Of a stretch of 64,000 bases of DNA, positions 57,683 to 64,000 are shown one piece after another. The DNA is from an uncultured Actinomycetota bacterium (GTDB lineage Bacteria > Actinomycetota > Thermoleophilia > Solirubrobacterales > Solirubrobacteraceae). The notes beneath the pieces are model-generated. The model saw nothing but the letters and a program-made list of their open reading frames with translations. It searched no databases and was not told the origin of the DNA. Made by a program: the position numbers and the translations under genes. Within the stretch, counting starts at the first letter, position 1, and every line of letters begins with the position of its first letter. Location: the NCBI GenBank assembly GCA_963708085.1, contig OY970180.1, positions 792,565 through 856,564 of the forward strand, given 5' to 3'.

Positions 57683-58432
57683 CTAGTGCTGACCGCCCGG
57701 TTCTCTCGTAGGCATGCTCTGCTGCACGGTTGCGCCACTTGCTGTAGTGATTTCTGCGGTCTGCGCTTGTCGGTTTCCCGGCCAGTCAGCCGCGAACCAC
57801 CCGTTTGAGACCGTCGCCTGAACACGACTGCCGTCTTCGAGTACGAGCGTAACGGCAGTTACGTTTGTGCCGACGCGGCCAGCGTTGAAGTCGAATTCGG
57901 CGATCGGGGACGTTTTCGTGAGCACGGAGCCCGTATCCGTTCTTCGGATCGCGTCAGAGGCCATAGGAGCGGTGGGCGATATGCCGCCGTCACGGAAAGG
58001 CGCAAACGGTGGTTCCCCTGTAGGGCTATTAAACGAGGGGCCCGTGACGCACAGTCCGACCCCGGAAGCATCCGTGTATACAAGCAGCGTGTACGGCCCT
58101 CGCGTGTCCACTACGGCAGGTGCCCGCGATGTCAGCGCTGAGTTACGCTGACATTCGGATTCTGCGGTCCGTACCTGGCCGCTTGCAGCTGGTGTCGGCT
58201 TCGCGCTCCATCCTGCGAACGCGTTCGGTGTATCGCCGCCCGCAAAGATGACTGCCGCCGCGGCAGCTGCTGCGACAGCGCCGCCCGCACACATCGCCCG
58301 CAAGATCAAGCGCTGTGGTACCCGGGTGCCCTGCGCATGATTTCGTGAAAGGCGGGCAGCCGCCTCGGAGGGCACCTCTGCCGCGTGCCGCGCGAACATC
58401 TCTCGCAGGTCAGTCTCGATATTATCTGTCAT
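57683..58432 (-). CDS. Membrane-anchored anti-sigma factor (putative)
   Basis: The start ATG overlaps the ECF sigma stop (ATGA). A short cytoplasmic N terminus, a single Ala-rich TM helix (AMCAGGAVAAAAAAAVIFAG), and an extracytoplasmic domain of about 180 aa. The position and topology are typical of ECF partners. Confidence 0.7.
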   Translation of the reverse strand: MTDNIETDLREMFARHAAEVPSEAAARLSRNHAQGTRVPQRLILRAMCAGGAVAAAAAAAVIFAGGDTPNAFAGWSAKPTPAASGQVRTAESECQRNSALTSRAPAVVDTRGPYTLLVYTDASGVGLCVTGPSFNSPTGEPPFAPFRDGGISPTAPMASDAIRRTDTGSVLTKTSPIAEFDFNAGRVGTNVTAVTLVLEDGSRVQATVSNGWFAADWPGNRQAQTAEITTASGATVQQSMPTREPGGQH

Positions 58433-59028
58433 CGGCTTCTGCTCCTTAGCTGATTCCCGATACTTATAGATTGGGGAGCGCGCGGATCCTCCTCCGCTGA
58501 TGACTGCAGCGCTTCGCGGAGACGCACGAGACTGCGAGAGGTCGTACTCTTGACGGTCCCGACAGAGCAACCAAGCATCTCTGCGACCTGTGCCTCGGAG
58601 AAGTCTCCGAAGTAGCGCAACACCAAGATCACTCTCTGGCGAGTCGGCAGCGCACGCACAGCGTCACGCAAATCCCCGTCAGCGGTAGGCAGCGTCGTCA
58701 CGTCATCCGTTCGATCGTCGCCACGAAACGCGAGCTTGGCCTCAGAGGGCCCATCCAGTCTCAGAAGCTCTTGCCAGCGCCGAGCGCGCCGCTGTCCGCC
58801 GTCGAGCGCCAGGTTCACGAGCACTCGCCGGGCATATGCACCAGGATGATGCATCACGCGTATATGTCGCCAACGCTCCGCGACGCGCAAAAAGCATTCC
58901 TGCGTCAAGTCTTCGGCCTCTGGCAGATCAGAGGTGATCAGGTAGGCAGTCCTAAGCAAGTCGTCGCCGTAGCTTGCAACGAATTGCTCGAACTCGATCC
59001 GAGTCCGGTCTTCGTGCCGTGACTCCAC
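58429..59028 (-). CDS. ECF-type RNA polymerase sigma-70 family factor
   Basis: Region 2 (LLRTAYLITSDLPEAEDLTQECFLRV...YARRVLVN) and region 4 HTH (RQRVILVLRYFGDFSEAQVAEMLGCSVGTVKSTTSRSLVRLRE). Confidence 0.9.
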   Translation of the reverse strand: MESRHEDRTRIEFEQFVASYGDDLLRTAYLITSDLPEAEDLTQECFLRVAERWRHIRVMHHPGAYARRVLVNLALDGGQRRARRWQELLRLDGPSEAKLAFRGDDRTDDVTTLPTADGDLRDAVRALPTRQRVILVLRYFGDFSEAQVAEMLGCSVGTVKSTTSRSLVRLREALQSSAEEDPRAPQSISIGNQLRSRSR

Positions 59029-59172
59029 TTAGCTCCCCGGCCATAGGTCTGTAGTACCCATCGTCGACTTAAACCCCTTTCGGACCCCAAAAGGTTGAGC
59101 TGCTCAAGACAGTTTTGCTCCTGCTCCATAGTCGCCGACCTCTCCATCGCCGAATCGAGAGGCTCTATGCGC

Positions 59173-59628
59173 TCAGATCTCTGCAGTGTCGCCGGCCAGG
59201 GCGTCTTGCAAGCCTTCGCGTGCTCCTGGCTGTGCAAGCGCACACTGGTCGGCTCCCTCGTGCAGCAGTGCGGCGAAGCGCCGCTCATCCTTTGCGACGG
59301 AGCGCAGCTTGGCCAGGCGTTCCTTCAGCTCTTGGGTGCTTGCAAACCTCACGCGCTGGGGAGAGCTGCCGGGCACGCTCGCCAGCAGGCCCTTCGCGAT
59401 CCAACTCCGTACGGTCGGTCGACTGACCTCAAGCTCCTCGGCCACCTCGGGCACAGTCAGCGCTGGCGCGTCGGCGTGAACAGTCTGCCTTGCCTGCCTG
59501 AGCGCGCTCTCCGCGACGGCGACGCGGCCGTGGTCGAGCGCGTCGCTCGCACGCGTGATCGCATCGTCGAGCGTGATGAAGCAGGCGATCAATTGACGGT
59601 GCTCACTCTTGGTCATCATGCCCACCAT
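59173..59628 (-). CDS. Excisionase/MerR-type helix-turn-helix (HTH_17-like) DNA-binding protein
   Basis: LTVPEVAEELEVSRPTVRSWIAKGLL is the excisionase-family HTH, flanked by helical N- and C-terminal regions. No integrase or toxin is adjacent. Confidence 0.65.
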   Translation of the reverse strand: MVGMMTKSEHRQLIACFITLDDAITRASDALDHGRVAVAESALRQARQTVHADAPALTVPEVAEELEVSRPTVRSWIAKGLLASVPGSSPQRVRFASTQELKERLAKLRSVAKDERRFAALLHEGADQCALAQPGAREGLQDALAGDTAEI

Positions 59629-59730
59629 AGCAGGTGCTTTCTGAAAAGCACTCAGAATAGAAAGATATGCAAAGGGTAGGGCTCAGATGCGGGTAGCCAT
59701 CGTGATACGGCACGGCTACTCTTCGAAGGC

Positions 59731-61056
59731 GTGAAGTCTTTCCATCTCACCACCTTCGGCTGCCAGATGAACGAGCACGACTCCGAGCGGATGAAGGGCA
59801 TGCTGCAGTCGCTCGGCTACAGCGAGGCGCCAGAGCGTGAGCAGGCGGATCTGATCCTCTTCAACACCTGCTCGATCAGGGAGACCGCCGATAGCCGCTT
59901 CGTGGCGCACCTCGGCCAGGCCAAGCGCTTGAAGCGTGAAGACCCCGAGCGGATCGTGGGCGTCGGTGGCTGCTGGGCGCAGTCGGTCAAGGAGGAGGTC
60001 TTCGAGCGCTTCCCCTTCGTCGACGTCGCCTTCGGCCCAGGCCAGGTGCACAAGCTGGCGGAGTTCCTGACCAGCGACTCGCTGACCGCGCAGGGCTACT
60101 TCGAGTTCGAGGGCTTCACCGGCAGCCTGCCCGCGCATCGCGAGCGGCCCTTCCAGGGATGGCTTCAGATCAGCGTTGGCTGCAACTGCCGGTGCTCCTA
60201 TTGCATCGTGCCGAGCACCCGCGGACTGGAGGTCTCAAGGCCCTTCGCCGAGCTCGTGGCCGAGGCGCAATCGATGGCCGCAGAGGGCGTCAAGGAGGTG
60301 ACGCTGCTCGGCCAGAACGTCAACTCCTACGGCCGCGACCTGCGCGCAGACGGCGGGCCACGCAGCTTCGCGGAACTGCTGACGGCGATCGATGCCGTGG
60401 AGGGGATCGAGCGCGTCCGCTACACGAGCCCGCATCCCAAGGACATGCGTGAGGACGTGATCCGCGCGCACGCGGAGCTGGCAAGCCTCTGCGAGCACAT
60501 CCACCTGCCGCTGCAGTCGGGCTCCAGCAGGGTCCTGAAGGCGATGCGGCGCACCTACACCCGCGAGCGCTACCTCGACCGGGTCGCGATGATCAGAGAG
60601 CACGTGCCGGACGTCGCGCTCTCCACCGACATCATCGTCGGGTTCCCAGGCGAGACCGAGGCGGACTTCCAGCAGACGCTCGAGGTCGTCGAGCAGGTCG
60701 GCTACGACAGCGCCTTCACGTTCATCTTCTCGCCGCGTCGCGGCACCGAGGCGGCGCAGATGACCGCTGAAGCAGTGCCACACCCCGAGAAGGTCAGGCG
60801 GCTGGAAGCACTGGTGCAGGTCGTCCAGCGGCAAGCCCAGCAGCGGGCGGCGCGCTTCGTCGGGCGCACAGTCGAGGTGCTGGTCGAAGGTCCCTCGCGC
60901 ACCGATCCGGAGAAGCTGCGGGGTCGCACGCGCCATAACAAGGTCGTCAACTTCTCTGGCCTGGCTTCGCCCGGCGAGATGGCAGAGGTGGAGATCGCCT
61001 CGGCTACGAGCCAGACGCTTGCCGGCGATGAACGTCTGCTGGCGCGTCTGGGCTGA
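59731..61056 (+). CDS. miaB: tRNA-2-methylthio-N6-dimethylallyladenosine synthase MiaB
   Basis: UPF0004 domain (TFGCQMNEHDSE), radical SAM CNCRCSYCIVP, and a C-terminal TRAM domain. Confidence 0.94.
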   Translation: MKSFHLTTFGCQMNEHDSERMKGMLQSLGYSEAPEREQADLILFNTCSIRETADSRFVAHLGQAKRLKREDPERIVGVGGCWAQSVKEEVFERFPFVDVAFGPGQVHKLAEFLTSDSLTAQGYFEFEGFTGSLPAHRERPFQGWLQISVGCNCRCSYCIVPSTRGLEVSRPFAELVAEAQSMAAEGVKEVTLLGQNVNSYGRDLRADGGPRSFAELLTAIDAVEGIERVRYTSPHPKDMREDVIRAHAELASLCEHIHLPLQSGSSRVLKAMRRTYTRERYLDRVAMIREHVPDVALSTDIIVGFPGETEADFQQTLEVVEQVGYDSAFTFIFSPRRGTEAAQMTAEAVPHPEKVRRLEALVQVVQRQAQQRAARFVGRTVEVLVEGPSRTDPEKLRGRTRHNKVVNFSGLASPGEMAEVEIASATSQTLAGDERLLARLG

Positions 61057-61093
61057 TCGGGCCAAAAGCATGTGTGGACCGCCGGAACGTGTG

Positions 61094-61107
61094 CGAACAT
61101 ATGTTCG
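61094..61107 (+). promoter_or_regulatory. Perfect palindromic LexA SOS box on the start codon of the radical SAM gene
   Basis: CGAACATATGTTCG is the exact Cheo-box palindrome. The candidate ATG start (61101) is the centre of the box, and the candidate GTG start (61107) begins at its last base. Confidence 0.75.
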
Positions 61108-63173
61108 TGCGCTGGAGCAACCTCACCCTCGATGGCACCGACCAAAGGCGCCTGCCGGGATATTGCGATGAGGCGGTCGTGCGCCACTTCGATGCGCCGG
61201 AGGCGCTGCAAACGCGCTTCTACGAGGTCCGTGCTCGCTCGATCCTCAATCGTGTACCGGCGGCATCGCGGATGCCGTTTGGCTGGACAATCAATCCGTA
61301 TCGTGGCTGCAGCCATGCATGTGCATACTGCCTGGGGCCTGATACGCGAGTGCTCTGCGCGGACGGTCGATCCGCGCGCATCGCGGATCTCGAGGTAGGT
61401 GATGCGATCTATGGAACTGTGCGGCGAGGCGCCTACCGGAGGTTCGTCACTACACACGTCCTGGACAAGTGGTCCAGCATCAAGCCTGCCTACGAAGTGC
61501 AGCTAGAGGACGGGACCACGATCCTCGCAAGCGAGGATCACCGTTTCCTGACTGACAGAGGATGGAAGCACGTCCTCGGTGCTGAATGGGGCCGCTTCCA
61601 ACGGCCGCACTTGACGCTGAACAACCGGCTGCTTGGTCCGGGTGGCGACTGCCCGCCCCCACCTATCGATGATGACTATCGGCGCGGATATCTGTGCGGG
61701 ATGATCCGGGGCGACGGCAATCTTGCCACCTATTCATATGAGAGGCCGGGTCGTGCGCACGGAGACGTGCACAGGTTTCGCCTTGCGCTCGCCGATCAGG
61801 AGGCTCTGCTGCGCTCATCGGGGTTCCTTTTTCATTTTGGCATCGGCACGAGAGAGTTCGTGTTCGCGGCGGCCGCGGGATCGCACCGCGCAATAGATGC
61901 CATTCGCACCCAGAAGAAGGCCGATGTCGAGCGGATACGGCGTATCGTCGCTTGGCCGGTGCTCCCGAGCCTGTCTTGGATTAAGGGCTTCCTCGCAGGG
62001 ATCTTCGACGCGGAGGGGTCTTGCTCTGCGCACGTGCTGCGCATCTCCAACACCGACACAGACATCGTCGCGTGGGTGAAGTCGTGCCTTGGCCGTCTCG
62101 GGTTCAGCTACGTGGTGGAGGCGCTCTCTAACCGCAACGGGCTGGTCAGCATCAGGGTCCGAGGGGGCCTGCACGAGCGTATGCGCTTCTTCCTGATGAC
62201 AGATCCCGCGATTACGCGCAAGCGCACGATTGAGGGGGCGGCATTGAAGACGACTGCGAAGCTGCAGGTCGCATCGATCCGTCCGCTCGGGATGACGATG
62301 CGCATGTACGACATCACGACCGGCACAGGTGACTTCATCGCAAACGGGGTGGTAAGCCACAACTGCTTCGCTCGCCCCACCCACAAATATTTGGACTTCG
62401 ACGCCGGCCGCGACTTCGAGCGCGAGATCGTCGTCAAGGTCAACGCGCCGGAGCTGTTGCGCGCCGAGCTTGCGCGCTCCTCATGGAAGGGCGAGCACGT
62501 CGCGCTCGGCACCAACACCGATCCGTATCAGTGGGTCGAGGGCCGCTACAGGCTGATGGAGGGGATCTGGGAGGCGATGCGAGATGCCGCCAACCCCTGC
62601 TCGGTGCTGACCAAGTCGCCGCTGCTGCTCAGGGACCTGCCGCTGATGCTCCAGATCGCGCAGCGCGCGCAGTTCAGCGCCAGCCTCTCCATTCCGACGC
62701 TCGACGAGAAGGCGTGGCGGGCGACCGAGCCGCATACGCCCAGCCCGCGAGCGCGGCTTGAGGCCGTCGCCGAGCTCAACCGGGCGGGCATCCCGACCGG
62801 CGTGCTGATCGCACCGCTGATGCCGGGCATAAACGATGCGCCGCATCAGGTGGAGCCCTTGCTGGAAGCCGCGATTGCTGCGGGCGCCACCAGCGTCGGC
62901 GGCATTGCGCTGCATCTGCGTGGCGAGGTGAAGGGCCTGTTCATGCAGTGGCTGAGCGAGCAACGCCCCGACTTGCTGGCGCGCTATGAGCAGTTGTACC
63001 GGCGTGGCGCCTATGCGCCGGTAGCGGAACGAAAGCGCCTTGCCGCGATGGTGAGGAGAGGTGCGCCGGGCCCCTTGCGCCGTATCTCCCTCTCGCGCGC
63101 CCGAGAGGATCATCCGGGGCCGGTGATCGAGCTGTGCGACGCGCCAGATCCGGTGCAGGAGCGTCTCTTTTGA
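61101..63173 (+). CDS. Rv2578c/SplB-like radical SAM protein (DNA-repair-photolyase-like family, COG1533-type) interrupted by an intein
   Basis: Exteins read ...TINPYRGCSHACAY | CFARPTHKYLDFDAGRDFEREIVVK...ALGTNTDPYQ...VLTKSPLLLRD...LSIPTLDE...GVLIAPLMPGIND. Splicing restores GCSHACAYCFAR, i.e. the CxxxCxxC cluster motif. Start options are GTG 61074, ATG 61101 and GTG 61107. Confidence 0.88.
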   Translation: MFVRWSNLTLDGTDQRRLPGYCDEAVVRHFDAPEALQTRFYEVRARSILNRVPAASRMPFGWTINPYRGCSHACAYCLGPDTRVLCADGRSARIADLEVGDAIYGTVRRGAYRRFVTTHVLDKWSSIKPAYEVQLEDGTTILASEDHRFLTDRGWKHVLGAEWGRFQRPHLTLNNRLLGPGGDCPPPPIDDDYRRGYLCGMIRGDGNLATYSYERPGRAHGDVHRFRLALADQEALLRSSGFLFHFGIGTREFVFAAAAGSHRAIDAIRTQKKADVERIRRIVAWPVLPSLSWIKGFLAGIFDAEGSCSAHVLRISNTDTDIVAWVKSCLGRLGFSYVVEALSNRNGLVSIRVRGGLHERMRFFLMTDPAITRKRTIEGAALKTTAKLQVASIRPLGMTMRMYDITTGTGDFIANGVVSHNCFARPTHKYLDFDAGRDFEREIVVKVNAPELLRAELARSSWKGEHVALGTNTDPYQWVEGRYRLMEGIWEAMRDAANPCSVLTKSPLLLRDLPLMLQIAQRAQFSASLSIPTLDEKAWRATEPHTPSPRARLEAVAELNRAGIPTGVLIAPLMPGINDAPHQVEPLLEAAIAAGATSVGGIALHLRGEVKGLFMQWLSEQRPDLLARYEQLYRRGAYAPVAERKRLAAMVRRGAPGPLRRISLSRAREDHPGPVIELCDAPDPVQERLF
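61329..62363 (+). mobile_element. Full-length intein (345 aa) with LAGLIDADG homing-endonuclease domain
   Basis: Begins with Cys1 (CLGPDTRVLCADG, block A). Block B is ILASEDHRFLT. Two LAGLIDADG motifs are present (YLCGMIRGDGN; FLAGIFDAEGS). Blocks F/G are MYDITTGTGDFIANGVVSHN, followed by the +1 Cys. The insertion is in frame and its length is a multiple of 3. Confidence 0.9.
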
Positions 63174-63191
63174 GACAAGGCGAGTGCGGTG

Positions 63192-63986
63192 CTAACGCTT
63201 CTCGCGCTGCCCGGCAGCCAGCGAGGCCGTGATCTTGTCTCCGCCCATCTTGCGGGTGACGGTGGCGGCGATCTCGGGCGCCACACCGGAGAAGGTCGAT
63301 CCCAGGCGCAGCGTGAGCGGCGCGACATCGACCTCGCCGCGGTTGCGCTCGATCGCGCTCACCACCGCGTCGGCGACGTCCTGCGGAGTGCGCGTACCGA
63401 CGCCTGGCGGCAGCTTGGCGCCAGACTCGGCGAACATTCCCGCTTCGCGGATGAACCCGGGGAAGACTGTCGAGACACCCACGCTTTGGGGGCGAAGCTC
63501 TGCGCGCAGCGCACCCGCGAACCCGCGCATGCCGAACTTCGTTGCGTTGTAGATGGAGCTGCCGGCAGTCGCGGCCTTGCCGGAAAGCGAGGACATGAAC
63601 AGCAGATGTCCCTCTTTGCGCGCGGCCATCTTGGGGGCTAGCGCGTGCGCCATCACGATCGGCGCGCGCAGGTTGACATCCAGCGCCTTGTCGATCTGCT
63701 CCTCGGTGAAGGAGTCCAGCAGGCCGCTGCCCGGCAGGGCGGCGTTGGCGATCAGGATCTGCACGTCGCCGGCCTGCTCCAGCAAGCGGTCCACCTCTTG
63801 TGGATCGCTCAGATCGACCGCGATTACCCGCGCTCCGGAGAGCTCGGAGGCCAGCGGCTCGAGCACATCCACCCGGCGACCGGTGAGCGTCAGCTTCGCG
63901 CCCTTGGCGGCGAGCGTGCGTGCTATCGCTTGACCAAGGCCGCCGCTTGCGCCGGTCAAAAGCACATTGGACCCGGAGATGTGCAT
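63192..63986 (-). CDS. Short-chain dehydrogenase/reductase (SDR) family oxidoreductase
   Basis: TGASGGLGQAIA cofactor motif, NAA, and the S...YNATK catalytic triad context. Confidence 0.9.
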   Translation of the reverse strand: MHISGSNVLLTGASGGLGQAIARTLAAKGAKLTLTGRRVDVLEPLASELSGARVIAVDLSDPQEVDRLLEQAGDVQILIANAALPGSGLLDSFTEEQIDKALDVNLRAPIVMAHALAPKMAARKEGHLLFMSSLSGKAATAGSSIYNATKFGMRGFAGALRAELRPQSVGVSTVFPGFIREAGMFAESGAKLPPGVGTRTPQDVADAVVSAIERNRGEVDVAPLTLRLGSTFSGVAPEIAATVTRKMGGDKITASLAAGQREKR

Positions 63987-64000
63987 TGATGCAGCCTACG

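Noticed and set aside
1-64000. Search for CRISPR arrays, rRNA genes, transposases/integrases and toxin-antitoxin pairs
   Set aside because: No regularly spaced direct repeats, no rRNA-like conserved blocks, and no DDE, tyrosine or serine recombinase motifs were seen. The only mobile-type element is the intein homing endonuclease.

Overview
The window is a high-GC (visibly about 65-70%), densely coded chromosomal segment with Actinomycetota-type housekeeping synteny. No taxon can be named from sequence alone. Gene order runs as follows. (1) secDF (5'-truncated), recJ, relA/spoT, a DAG-kinase-like lipid kinase, then a SAM-I riboswitch in front of a ThrC-family gene. (2) A small accessory patch: CtaG-like membrane protein, a sulfotransferase::type III PKS fusion, a G1 glutamic peptidase. 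(3) tRNA-Arg(CCG) and rnz. (4) A pyr operon: pyrR-pyrB-pyrC-(isochorismatase-like)-carA-carB-pyrK-pyrD. (5) mihF-gmk-rpoZ-coaBC, where coaBC is frameshifted. (6) rimP-nusA-ylxR-infB-rbfA-nrnA-truB-ribF-rpsO, a peroxiredoxin, pnp, an M16 peptidase, dapB-dapA-rnj. (7) An OmpR/HisKA two-component pair, ftsK, a RodZ-like HTH gene, cinA, two tandem P450 paralogs, thpR, and recA with a LexA box. (8) A more AT-rich block of about 4 kb: LysR fragment, secreted protein, anti-sigma, ECF sigma, excisionase-type HTH. (9) miaB, an Rv2578c/SplB-like radical SAM gene, and an SDR. The most unusual items are these five. First, the radical SAM gene carries a 345-aa LAGLIDADG intein inserted exactly at the third Cys of the CxxxCxxC [4Fe-4S] motif, and a perfect CGAACATATGTTCG SOS box sits on its start codon. 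Second, a single ORF fuses a PAPS-type sulfotransferase domain to a complete type III PKS. Third, a SAM riboswitch precedes a Zn-ribbon ThrC-like enzyme, which suggests a role in methionine/homocysteine synthesis. Fourth, a 26-nt stop-to-start intergenic module occurs twice in front of unrelated genes. Fifth, the recA-miaB insertion contains an ECF sigma/anti-sigma pair plus a secreted protein that shares the anti-sigma C-terminal module. No CRISPR array, rRNA, transposase or integrase was seen. Many long ORFs antisense to real genes are high-GC artefacts. All calls rest on motif recognition by eye; no searches were run.
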